The translations under genes and the position numbers were made by a program. From Eutreptiella sp. 'Long Island Sound 2002' (taxonomy: Eukaryota; Protista; Euglenida): a stretch of 64,000 bases of DNA. The stretch lies in the NCBI GenBank assembly GCA_964036045.1, contig OZ038378.1, positions 91,450,001-91,514,000 on the forward strand. Reading direction: 5' to 3'. The notes beneath the pieces were generated by a model that did no database searches, was not told where the DNA came from, and worked only from the letters and a program-made list of their open reading frames with translations. Position 1 is the stretch's first letter. Each line of letters begins with the position of its first letter. Of this stretch, positions 23,301 through 34,864 are shown piece after piece.

Positions 23301-24010
23301 GAGTGGATTTTTCGATTGTTTGCCTCCTAGCTCGGGGATGCGTGGGCCGGCGTGCTGTGTCACCCATTCCGTTCTCACTGGTTGCCGTGGCGGAGGATGT
23401 CTCTCTGTTGCTACACTCACAACCACCTCACGGACAACCGGGCCTTTGGCCACTACACCTATGGCTTTGTCACGTGTCTTGGTGGTGGTTGCAAACGGCT
23501 CCGTCTTTCGTAGGCCCAGGCGGTGCACCGTGTCTGCCATTATGTGAACCCCGTCAGTGCTTGCTTGGTGTCTACTATGTGTACCGGCTTTCCAACCAAC
23601 AGTTCTTGACTCCAGGTGGCGACTTGGTGTTGTGCCTTCATGTGTCCTCCGACCTTGTGATGCAAGGCAAATAGGCCCAAGTAGGCCTCAGCACATTTGT
23701 TTGTGAGCATCCACCGTCAAGGGCTTTCTATGGCCCCCATCACCTCTCTACAAAAACAGATACAATCATCTAGATGAGGCGCGCATATGCCGATGACTTT
23801 TATCATGTCACCAAATTGCAATTTTTCTTGCGTTTGCCATAGGTGCATGCTTACCAATCGATATGTTGCGCCTCTGCTGCCACGGGGGCTTTGCACAATT
23901 TGTCGGCATACCACGCATGTGGGTGATCCACAACGCCCTGCTCATACAAGACATGGATTACATGCAGTCGATTTGGTGAGCACATGATCCAGTCCTTATG
24001 TAGCCTTTGT
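23300..24010 (-). pseudogene. Possible apurinic-endonuclease (APE) domain of retrotransposon 1
   Basis: IKVIGICAPH resembles the APE vi.vYaP motif and the region lies upstream of RT. The GDfN and SDH motifs are only very degenerate. Confidence 0.35.
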
Positions 24011-25853
24011 TCCATACCCTTAGGAGGCCCATAGTGCCCCCTATCGTTTTTTCAAAAAAAAAAAAAAAAAGATGTTGTGCACAGAGCCTAGCCTCTCGGC
24101 TTCATACCCAAGCATAATGGAGGGGTTGTTCCTAGCTAGGGTTTATGGGAAGGAGTAGTGATGCGCAATTTAGGGGTGCGAAGCCCAAAAAAAAAGCACC
24201 ATTTTGGGCCCCCACAACATGCGAGTGTAGCCACTGTTTTTTCCAATTTTTGGAGGTACGAAATACGGAAATTGGACCGGCAATGCCATAAAACTATGTT
24301 GCACAGTCTGAAATGACAAATGGTGCACGTATTTGTCAACGGCACGTGGCGCGGTTGGCCTAGCAATCATAGAATTGTGACGGCGATGATGACCATACAT
24401 CGACTGCTTGTGAAGAAGGTGTACCCCAGAATAACAGATAACAACGACTATGCAAAAGGAGGGTGTAAACAAGCCTTTTCGATAGGCTGGGCTCTGCAGG
24501 GCCCAAAACCAGGAAATTTCCTAAAAACATGTGTCACAATGCAGGGTTGCACACCAACACAACAAAGGCAAACAGGAAGTAACAGGGCCCAAAGTAGGGA
24601 ATTCTTATTGGTTGGGCTGTGCAAAGCCCAAATCAATAGAAACAACAGAAAGCAACCATCAATTACAATAATGATAAACACGCCGGACCACTAGTGTGGT
24701 AATAGGTACCATAAGCGGCGTACTGCATGGTCCTGCCCCCCCCCCCCCCATCCCCCGGAATTTCAGTCACACATATGCCAAAGACCACCACATCACCGGT
24801 CATAGACAAGGCATGGAAGCTGCATACATACTAGTCGACGAGTATGAAGCGCAAAAACACAGGAAACGAAGCACAAAAATTGTAAAAACCTTTACATGCG
24901 TTGTAGCAGGTCCGTCAAAACTCTAGAATTGGTGTTGTATTGACTACAGATTGATGTGTCACCAGATGTGGTTCATAAGCACCTACTAACACCGGGACAC
25001 ACAAAGCCTGTTTCCCATTCTAAATCCCTAGCAAATGAGAAATTATCAATCTCTGGTCGACACCAACGAAAACCGGTCACAAATGGCAGTAAAAAATGTA
25101 TCATCGCACATTGGGCAGTGGCAAAGCAGTGCCCAACATACGCACTGTCAACCGTTGGAGAAACAAAAAAGGCAAGACAGATCAATGAAAATGTGGCATA
25201 CATGACAACGCCAAATGTAACGTGGCCCAGCAAATAGTGGCAAACCTATGCCCCGCATACACACTGGTGATCGGACTCTGGGCATACTTGGTAAAGTCAA
25301 AATGACAGACACATTCGCTTGAGCTCTGTAGGGCCCAGGAACAGGTAATCAACCATGTCACGACTCAATCGAGGGATACTGCATCTGGGGTTTGTAGTAT
25401 ATGGGCTATTGAAAAAATAGCACATCAACAGTGCAACTAGGGTTCATAGACACATACCTGGCACCGTATATGCACCAAAATCGTGATCAAACTCGATAAT
25501 TTCTGCACTGTGTCAACGAGGGACGTACCAAATGAAATGCCATAGCACAGTGTTGCGTTCTTACAACCAAACTCATAGGGACAACACTACACTGCTGAGA
25601 TGAGGGCAACGTTCCAACCTTCTAGACGCCATGCACATTTGACTAAGACAGTATGTTGGGCTTTGCAGAGCCCAACAATACAAGATTCGTCATATTCGGG
25701 GGCAAATCAATCAAATCTGGAAGGCTGGGCTCTGCAGAGCCCAGCTCAGTGCAAACGGAAAAAAAGACATTCAAATTCCGTCACAAACCTGTACAGAGAC
25801 AAACAGGGCACATCGTTGACTGTCCCACAGTTGTTTGGGACTGCACAGTCACA

Positions 25854-26872
25854 TCAGGCCCACACCATTCCAGCACAGTCATGATCCAGCGATTCGTGGG
25901 GCCTCCAGTCACTTGCCGTTGCTTGTGCCGTTGCTCTTGGATAAGCCAACCCTGAGACCACGTTGTAGGGTAGCCTAGAGGTGGTGGAGCGCCCTTTTTT
26001 TCTGCGATGGAGATGCTGCACCAGCTGCCGTTGCCAATTTATTGTCTTCTTCTTTCCCCTTGCAATTTGCTCGCTCGTCCTCTTTGGCGTTTTTCTCCTT
26101 CTCCTTCTCCTCCTTTTTACTTTGCCGCTCCCGCGCCTCCTCTGGCTTCCACAACTCGCGCCGAGCCTTCTCGTGCTCCTTCTGCCGTTGTTTATTGGTT
26201 TTCCCTTCCAGTTTGGGAGTTGGCGGATCCGGCACCTCCACAATTTCTTCCTCACTAGTGTCCGCGTCAGCTGCCTGGTCAGGGGACTCGTGCTGCTAGA
26301 ACAGATGCTGAACAATGCTTGCCCAGTGCATGACACTCCGCCGCTCAATAACCTCCTCCGTGTCCCCTTTCCGGACGCTGTCTTCAGCACGTTCACCACA
26401 TCAGCTGCATTGTATGGACTATCAGATGATACACCCCATGCGCAATTCAACGGGACAGGCAAGTGAACACAACCCAAACTGATCAGGTCGGGGCGGCGGC
26501 CGTAGTACAGTGCCCACAGGCAGCGCGATGCATCAATATCCATGTGTGTGTCGCCCGTGTCGTCGTTTGGCCCTCCAAGGAATTCAACAACCACCACAGG
26601 ATAGCCAAACCCGGCCACAGACCTCCGGTGAACGACTTTTGCGTGAGGAAGTGCGGCACAGCAGTGCCGAGACCATGGGTCTTCACAAGCAACAAACTTG
26701 ACTGCTCGAATAAATACAGTTCTTCTTTGTGTCCCAAATGGTAGACAGGCATGCGCAAAGCTGCTGGGCATAAATCTTCCAAATCGGAACGTAAGTGTGG
26801 TTCCACAACAACCAAATCCTCATGGTGTCCATGAAAGGCGCCAAGTACGCATTGAGACAGCACACGCATCAT
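25854..26872 (-). pseudogene. Element E accessory ORF-C homolog with acidic/basic tail
   Basis: YLFEQSSLLLVKTHGLGTAVPHF...GLAILWWLLNSLEG aligns to B YRFEERTICFCVPDKFRVKVPNI...GLAAAGWLLRVLG. It has a KE-rich tail (25975-26241) and is frameshifted. Confidence 0.7.
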
Positions 26873-27123
26873 CTGCGCACCAGGAATCCAGCCTCCTCGC
26901 TAGGAGATTTCAACGATGACGAGATGGTACCTCATGATTTTGATCTCATTGGGCACTGCAATCACTGATCCATCGTACACCCAAATTTCTCCAGATTTTG
27001 TGCCCTGCCCACATTCACCTTGGTCTACATTTGCCGCCTCGCCATCGGACGACTCAAAAGGCGGGTTTGACACTGGTCTCACAAGCAGTCTACGATGTCT
27101 CTTCGACATTTTCTCGATCGCCG

Positions 27124-29667
27124 ACCCACAGACCTGCCTTCAACAGCGCCTGGAGCGGTGGCCATGGAGCGGACTCACTCTACTCCCAGCTCCCTTGCCA
27201 TGCACCAAAATTCGCTAGATGGTGACCAAACTTCTTCGAGATGCGAGCCACTTCAGCCTTAGTGCCTGTGTGCACAGGAGCAGAGGAGAGCACCTTGTAA
27301 CAGGATCAAGCGATCCACAGGGTCAAAGTGATGTGGCACAACGTAAATTTGCATTCCTTGGGATCCCAGGCTCTACAAAGTCCTGCACTCTAAAATCGGG
27401 AATCTGACGGCTAACATCCGTCAATGTGCTTGATCTAGGCTCTGCAGAGCCAAGCATGACCAAAATGGTGAATTAGGGGGTGTCTGAGGAGGGGGGGGTC
27501 CTCCTACATCATCACGCACGGTTGCACCATTCAACAGCAGTGAAATGGCGGACGTTCCAGCAGGCAGAGTGTCCGTGTAGATCCAGTCAATTGGCTTCCG
27601 ATGGGATCGTGGGCTCTGCAGAGCCCAGTAATTTCAAATTGGTAATATGACGGCTGAAATTGGTCAATGTGCTAGATCTGAACTGTGCAGAGCCCAGCAT
27701 GCACAAAACGGGAAATTAGGGGGTGTCAGCGGGGGGGGGGGGGGGTCATTGGACAGCATTAGGCAAGGTGGCACCAGTCAACATCCGTGAATAGCGGAAG
27801 TTCAAACAGGCACAATGTCTCTATAGATCCACTGAAGTTGCATGCCATGGGATCCTGGGCTCCGCAAAGGCCAGCAAACTCAAATTGCTTGGTGACACAT
27901 TGAAATCGGTTATTACACTTCATCTACGCACCCTGTTGTAGCGGCCCATTGAATCGGAGTTGCATTACAATGTCCCACAACGAAAGGCAGGGAGCTTACC
28001 AGGCAATAGCATACATCTTGAAGGGTGGATGCACTGAACCTGCATGTCGGGATGACCAAAGTGATGCCACCACAATTCCCTAGCGCGGAGCTCCTTTGCC
28101 AGCTTCCGAAAGCTTGGTACTGTACTCTGCGGCGAGGCCATGTAGTTGCATACGCACGACAAATTTTCAGGTTGCATTCCAGCGAAGCATCGCATTGTAT
28201 AAAGGGCAATCACCTTCTTGCGTTCCGGCATCTTGCCGAGTGTGTCCGTGAAGGTGGGCATCACGGCCATATGGGCAGCTGGCGTCATTTGCTTGACGAT
28301 TGTCACCGTGTTGCCAGATTTCCTACTCAGCGCCGCCTCCACGATTGCCTCACACATCAAGTTGACAATTGTCTTCTTACATTGTGTGTCCTGACCAAGG
28401 CGGCTGACGACACACAGTGTAAGAAGTTGATGTGTGAGGCAATCGTGGAGGCGGCGCTGACTAGGAAATCCGGCAACACCGCGACAATCGTCAAGCAAAT
28501 GACGCCAGCTGCCCATATGGCTGTGATGCCCACCTTCACGGACGCACTTGGCAAGATGCTGGAACGCAAGCAGGCGATTGCCCTTTATACAATGCGATGC
28601 TTCGCTGGAATGTAACCTGAAAATTTGTCGTGCGTATGCAACTACATGGCCTCGCCGCAGAGCACAGTACTACGCTTTCGGAAGCTGCAAAGGAGCTCCG
28701 CGCTAGGGATTCGTGGTGGCATCACTTCGGTCATCCCAACATGCAAGTTCAGTGCATCCACCCTTCAAGATGTATGCTACTGCCTAATAAGCTCCCTGCC
28801 TTTCGTTGAGGGACATTGTAATGCAACTCCGATTCAATGGGCCGCTATGACGGGGTGCCTAGATGAAGTGTAATAATCAATTTCAGTGTGACACCAAGCA
28901 ATTTGAGTTTGCTGGCCTTTGCGGAGCCCAGGATGCCATGGCATGCAAATTCAGTGGATCTATAGAGACATTGTGCCTGTTTGAACTTCCGCTATTCACG
29001 GATGTTGGCTGGTGCCACCTTGCCTAATGATGTCCAATGACCCCCCCCCCCCCCCCCCCGCTGACACCCCCTAATTCTCCATTTTGTGCATGCTGGGCTC
29101 TGCACAGTCCAGATCTAGCACATGGACCAATTTCGGCCGTCATATTACCAATTTGAGCGTACTGGGCTCCGCAGACCCCACGATCCCATCGGAAGCCAAT
29201 TGACTGGATCTACACGGACACTCTGCCTGCTGGAACGTCCGCCATTTCACTGCTGTTGAATGGTGCAACCGTGCGCGATGATGTAGGAGCCCCCCCTCCC
29301 CCCCCAGACACCCCCTAATTCACCATTTTGGTCATGCTTGGCTCTGCAGAGCCTAGATCAAGCACATTGACGGATGTTAGCCGTCAGATTCCCGATTTTA
29401 GAGTGCAGGACTTTGTAGAGCCTGGGATCCCAAGGAATGCAAATTTACGTTGTGCCACATCACTTTGACCCTTTGGATCGCTTGATCGTGTTACAAGGTG
29501 CTCTCCTCTGCTCCTGTGCACACAGGCACTAAGGCTGAAGTGGCTCGCATCTCGAAGAAGTTTAGTCACCATCTGGCGAATTTTGGTGCATGGCAAGGGA
29601 GCTGGGGGTAGAGTGAGTCCGCGCCATGGCCACCGCTCCAGGCGCCGTTGAAGGCACATCTGTGGGT
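27124..29667. repeat. 2.5-kb fold-back inverted duplication, arms ~1.27 kb, spacer ~18 bp near 28400
   Basis: The centre reads cttcttacattgtgtgtc-ctgaccaaggcggctgac-gacacacagtgtaagaag. The ORF MVTKLLRDASHF...KSGI appears on + at 27219 and on - ending at 29384. The arms are similar but not identical. Confidence 0.95.
27913..28390 (-). pseudogene. Element E accessory ORF-B fragment (mirrored at ~28410-28873 on +)
   Basis: YTMRCFAGMQPENLSCVCNYMAS aligns to B YTLRPLTGLHSDQMDEILLYMAG. LRARELWWHHFGHPDMQVQCIHPSRCML aligns to B LKRDRLWEMLYLYPDNTLSHPSRRMF. Confidence 0.75.
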
Positions 29668-30054
29668 GCATGGGGCCTTGGCTCTCCTCCTGAGCGACAT
29701 TGGGGTCCCGGAGGAGCTAATAAAGCCCTTTCATATCCTTAGCTGCGGCTCCACGGTGCGCATTGTTACAGCGCACGGTCCCGACCCAAACATCCGCCTC
29801 CATCGGGGCCTACGGCAGGGCAACGCGTAAAAAGCCGTGCTCTACCTGTTCCTCCTAGAGCCCCTCATGCGGAGCTTTGCCCGACGAACCCAAGGGGATG
29901 CCCGCCACGTGGGGCCGCCCCTGGTACAAGCGTATTGTGACGACCTCTTGCTAATAGCGCACTCCTTGTCGCGGTTCGTGGAGTACGGAGGGGCAGTACT
30001 TGCCATACATTGGCATGTCCCTCAATGTTGGGAAATGTGCGTACGCCACTACAA
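29668..30054 (+). pseudogene. Non-LTR retrotransposon 2, RT domains 3-6 (5'-truncated)
   Basis: It reads HGALALLLSDIGVP, RLHRGLRQGNA*, LYLFLLEPL, VQAYCDDLLLIA and GMSLNVGKC, with one stop and one frameshift. Confidence 0.9.
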
Positions 30055-30381
30055 CCCTTGGTACACGCTAGAAGACCCAGTCTCGATTTAGCCTAGAACA
30101 CTCTAGCCTATATGTTCTAGCCTAGATTAGATCAATACTAGAACAATATAATGTCTACCCAGATGTGCAAATTTCTTCATTGTTCCCCCGTGCATGCTTG
30201 CTATTGTCCGCAGTTCATTGTTCCATGTTTCCTTCTCTCGCGCTTAGATATTACACATTTCTTTGCAACGAAACGCCCCGCCACGTCCCCCCGTGCTCCA
30301 TCCTCAACCGGGAAGGATACTTCCCTCTTGTCTAAGGCACTATGGGACTCTAGTGGGGCTTAAAACCTCAAGGATGAGCGG

Positions 30382-31700
30382 GTGGGCCATTACTTGGCCA
30401 CGTGGGCGCTATCATGCCCCCTAGCACGGCGGCAATTCAACAACGCCGTCCAATATGTGAACTCCGCCAATTCTACTCACATCACGGGTAAGGCATGCAA
30501 GGTCGCCATTGAGGCATACACCGGCTCCCTTCTCCCCCCCACCGCCATGTGTGAACTAGTGCTCAACATGAGGGCCCCCAGGTCCTCGTGGAGGACCCTC
30601 TCGGAGCTCTACACGCTCTGTAAGTTGGAGTACCAACGCACCGTCCCCGGTGGCCCCTACTCCCGCCCAATTTGTACCGAGCGGGGTTTGCAAGCCCGTT
30701 GGAAAGAGTTGGTCGCCCTCGTGCAATTGGATGAGCCCGTTGCCACGGTGTTGCCCAAGGCCACCAGGAGCTCATGGCCCTTCGCCTCATGGGTCACATA
30801 CATCCTCTCGCGGCCGGGCTTGGTGCGGTCAATCAACCGCAACTTCCCGTTGACGTTCATCATCTGGGGAGATGCCTACCCCGTGGCCGGGGGCAATTGT
30901 ACCCAACTCACTATCTCCTTGGCCAACTTCGACCACTTGGCCCGCTCCCCCGCGGGCCTTTGGGTGTTGAGCATGACCAATTGCGATGACAAGGCCATGG
31001 ACACCCTTGGGACGTTGTGGAAGAGCAATTGGGAGGTAGGCCTCTCAACTAGTGCCTTTCGCTCGTTCTAGCTTTGATCTAGTTAGCCTCGAACACCGCT
31101 CGCTAGAAGCCAGATTACACTAGACTAGAACGAAATTAACCACCCCCCATGTCTCGTGTTTAGGTGATTCAAGACATCATCGACACATGGCTCGTCCAAT
31201 GGGGGGCCTTCAAGGAGGAGGCAAAGGTGATCCTCGGGGGGGATCAACCGTGGACACGAAGGGTGATCGGGGTGTCCACCTGCCCCCAAGTGGGCTCTAT
31301 GTTCAATGGGGGGATATGGAATGCCCAAAAGAAGATTAATTAAGGGTAGTGCTATCCGGCGGACCATGGAGGGTGATGAGGCCAACTACACGGCCTTCCT
31401 CCTTGGGACGCCTTCCTTGCAAGCCGCTGGCTGCTGTACGCAGCGGATTTTGAAAATGCCACGTGCATGGGTCGTCTTGTGCATTTTGCACTTGACAATG
31501 GCCATGGGCCGCGTTTTGGGGAAGTTTGTCGACCGGAAGGCTAGGTCGGTCACCCCTGCTCTCCGTCAAGGCCAATGTGCAATCGCAGTGCATGAAATGG
31601 CTGTTTGCATACTTTGACGTGTCGTGGGTTGTGCACGGCGGGCCGCGGTCGCAAGTGCCATGCTCGGGCAGGGATGCCATGGAGGTAAGGAGGGGCTTCC
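30382..31700 (+). pseudogene. Element D transposase, RAG1/Transib/Chapaev-like, two exons (intron 31036-31163); C-terminus missing or decayed
   Basis: D1 is FIIWGDAY. The in-frame splice WKSNWE|VIQDII leads to D2 KVILGGDQPWTRRVIG. After one frameshift comes the C-x2-H motif LCILHLTMAMG. Confidence 0.75.
31036..31163 (+). other. GT-AG intron 1 of element D
   Basis: gag|GTAGGC...gtgtttAG|gtg is phase 0 and joins the reading frames. It contains gttctag and ctagaacg motifs. Confidence 0.8.
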
Positions 31701-31779
31701 CTCAACCAGAATATTGACCAACAACATGGCATCGAAGGAGTTGATCGACGAGCTGATCCGCCAAATATCTGGCCTTGTT

Positions 31780-31913
31780 GTGCGCTCTGGCGCTGATCTA
31801 GGGAGGCGTTCTAGCGTTGATCTAGGCAGCATAGTTGGTCGCTAGAACGTCGCTAGAACACCGCTAGAACGGCTGCGTAGAGCGCCACTAGAACGCTCCT
31901 GTGTTTTCTATAG
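31780..31913 (+). other. GT-AG intron 2 of element D (alternative donor GTAAGG at 31685)
   Basis: The acceptor is gtgttttctatAG at 31913. The interior has gttctag/gatctag copies followed by ctagaac copies. The donor is uncertain. Confidence 0.6.
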
Positions 31914-34170
31914 AATCAGGCGACCCAAGCGTTGATTGCGCAGATGAGGCGGAACAGGCGCAGGAGCAGGAGGAGCAGGCCCCGCCGAAGGCCTAGCAGG
32001 TCGAGGCCAAGCCCAAGGCCGCGGCCAAGCCACCCCCCCTCGCCAAGCCCAAGGCCAAGCCCCAGCCCCAACCCCAAGCCCCAGATCCACCATCGCCACC
32101 CCCTCACCTGTTGGGGGCCAGGAAGTCGGCGGCGGCGGCCCCGGAGGACACGGAGGACACAGAGGTGAAGGAAATGCGGGGGGAGCTCCGAGGGCTCTCG
32201 GCTTCCCTCGCAGCTCAGAAGGCGGGAAAAGGCTAGGGTGGAGAGCAAGGTCTCCCTATGGGAGACCAAGCTGGCGGAGGTACGGAGGATTGGGGATGAG
32301 GAGGGGATCCGCATGGCGGAGGACACTGTCCGCAAGCCGAGGGCCAAGGTGGTGTGCAAGGAGAAGGGGATCCAGGCGCTGGATCGCAGCGTGCGGAGGA
32401 TGGAGGTGGTGTTGGCGGCGGCGGTGGATAATGTGAAGGAGGAGGTGGAGGAGGTGGTGGAGGTGGACGTGGAGCCGTAGGAGATGGAGGGGGAGGCGGT
32501 GAAGAACGAGGTGGAGGCAAAGGTGGTGGTGGAGACGCCGGCGGCGGGGGGGGTGAGCAAGTGGCTCGGGGCGATGATGGGGCTGAGAAATGCGGGGGCC
32601 ATGTAGGACTTGCCATGGGACCCGGCTAGCCTGGCTGGCCCCCACCCCCCAAAACTGGACACCCCCCCCCTCGCCGCCCCGGAGAGGCCGATTTGGACTC
32701 TCCGGCTTTTGTTGCAGCAGGTGCACCACCAGCTGTTGGGGAGGGGCGGTGGGTATGGGTGGATGAGGGGGGGGTGGTCCAGCTGGACAAGCCCGTGCGG
32801 CTACGGGTGGTCAAAGGGTGGTGGGGGTGGCAATAGGAGTTGCCGGGGGCGGGGAAGAAATGGGGGGAGACGCCCCGCCCCCCCCGGAAATGGGGGTGAA
32901 GATGTTTGAGTTGGCGCAAACCAACCGCTTCACCCCCGAGAGGAAAAGGGGGGGGGGGCCACCCAGTGGCGGTTCGTCGCCAATTGGGCGGGATGGAGTA
33001 TAGGGTGATGGCTTGGACTTGCACACAGACCTGGTCGGCGCGGATGCACATGGGGGGTTTCAACCCGGAGGCGGCGAACCGGGGGGCGTATGCCGGGTTG
33101 GTGGACGGCATCGCCTCCCGGCCCAATTCCAAGCCCAAGCCCGGCGCGACCCCCGTTGGGGGCCCCCTGCAGCCGCACCCCCCCAAGCCCCGGGACGCCT
33201 TCGGCAAGGCCCTGGGGGCCATCTTTCCCGCACTGGACCGCCAAGGCACGGTATGTTGATTGCGGTCGAGCGTTGATCTAGCGAACCGTTCTAGCGTTGA
33301 TCTAGCAACCACCGTTCCGCCGCCGCTAGAACGCCGCTAGAACAGTTGCCTAGAACGCCACTAGAACACACCTGCACTATGTTTCTGTTCTCAGGTTGCC
33401 AGCGTGCGGAGGTGTGGAGCCGACCACCGCGGGGTGCGCGTGAAGTAGCGTGATGGCGCAGGCCGGACGCGGCTCGTGGGGGTCACCGAGTTGGGCCGGT
33501 TGATGGGGACGGACCCCAGTTTGGCACTCTCGGTGCCGGACGGTTTGGTCAGGTGGGAAGCGTCAGCAGCAGCAGCAGCAGCAGTAGCACCACCAACGGG
33601 GGGAGGTCCCGCCCCCCCCCCCAAGGCCCCCAAACCCCCCCCAAGGCCCCAATGAAAAAAACCCGCTTCGAGATTAGCGACGAAGACGCCCCCCCCCCCC
33701 CCCAGCCCAGCACAACAAGCCCAAGGCCAAGGCCAAGCCCAAGGGCAAGGGCAAGGGCAAGGCCAACCCGCCCCCAAATCCCAAGCCCCCCCCTTGCAAG
33801 ATAGGGGCCGGGACCACTATGGGAATGTGCCGGGTGTGGGGGACACCCGGTATGTCCCTTGGGAGGAGGGGGGCAGTGGGGGGACCGTTAGCCAAATAAT
33901 GGTGTTGGGGGATTGGGATGAGGAGTTGGACCCGGAGGAGTGGTGGGTGGTGTCGCAGGGGTCCAATGGGGAGGGGGGGAAGAAGGGGAAGAAGGGGAAG
34001 AAGAGGAAGCGGGAGCAAGAGGGGGGCACCTTCCAGGTGGCGGGGGAGCTCCTCTTCCGCACCAAGGAGGAGGCAGAGGCCCGCCTCCGAGAGGCCATGG
34101 GGGGGGGACGACGGGGACGACAGGGATGACGGGGATGCTGAGGGGGACGAAGGTAACAAGGGTGACAAGG
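31914..34170 (+). pseudogene. Element D second, low-complexity/coiled-coil accessory coding region (intron 33251-33394)
   Basis: GC-rich frames include ESKVSLWETKLAEVRRIG...EVDVEP and RDAFGKALGAIFPALDRQGT|VASVRR, with several stops and frameshifts. Confidence 0.5.
33251..33394 (+). other. GT-AG intron 3 of element D
   Basis: acg|GTATGT...gtttctgttctcAG|gtt is phase 0. The interior has gatctag/gttctag copies followed by four ctagaac copies. Confidence 0.8.
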
Positions 34171-34864
34171 GGGTGGGGGTGTGGCAAGGTGGGTGAGGTG
34201 GGGGGTGACACGTGGGGTGAGAAGGAAGGGGACACGGGGGACGAAAAGGGGGGTGCCGGGAGCAAGGATGAGCCCCGGCAACACCCCACCACGCAGCAGG
34301 GGTGGCTTGCGTGTCGCGACTCGCGAATGGCGGCCTTGGTGGGCAGGCAGCTAACCATGCTAATCGGGCTAACCCACCACCAAGTGACCAGGCGCCGGCC
34401 CGCCAAGTGACCTTCCAAGTGACCTATGGGGTGCGGTGGGGGCTAACCGGGCTAACCGGGGGGGGGGAGGCGGCGCTCCGTGAGTCGGGTCCGGCATCGG
34501 GACCCTGTGACTGGCCACGGCTAGCCATGGTAGCCGGGTCAGCTTCTCTTTGAGGAGTGGCGGAGCATTCATATATATTGTTCTAGCGGCGCTCTAGCGA
34601 ACCGTTTTGGCGGCGTTCTAGGTGCACTCGCTAGAACGTCGCTAGAACGCCGCGAGAACGAAAATTTTCTGGACTCCAAAATCAGCTGAAAACAATGAAA
34701 TTGTGAGAAAAAAGAAAGTATGGGCCCCCGAGAACGGATAGGGGGGTCCAGGTTAGACACCTCAAATCCCCCCCCACGCGGGGGGGGGCGTCTTTTTTTC
34801 GTTCTAGCCGCTCTAGCGGGTCCTACGCTAGAACGAGATTGGGTCTTCTAGCGTGTACCAAGGA

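Larger units (their letters stand above)
24019..28400 (-). mobile_element. Element E: third, truncated member of the A/B family (transposase half lost at the fold-back)
   Basis: cttaggaggcccatag at 24019 resembles the B terminus. ORF-C and ORF-B homologs occur in the B order. It carries GGGCTCTGCAGAGCCC palindromes. Confidence 0.7.
30055..34864 (+). mobile_element. Element D: 4.8-kb DNA transposon, 30-bp TIRs, 2-3 bp TSD (AA or AAC), CTAGAACG subterminal repeats
   Basis: ccttggtacacgctagaagacccagtctcg (30056-30085) matches the reverse complement of 34834-34863 at 29/30. The flanks are acAA|c and a|AAc. The empty site restores GKCAYATTTRIPSIMVHL. Confidence 0.93.

Noticed and set aside
23717-23914. 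OB-fold-like LQFGDMIKVIG
   Set aside because: Its position upstream of a LINE RT fits an APE strand (IGICAP) better; neither call is strong.
31916-34418. Many long overlapping antisense Pro/Gly-rich ORFs
   Set aside because: They are shadows of very GC-rich, low-complexity plus-strand coding sequence in element D.
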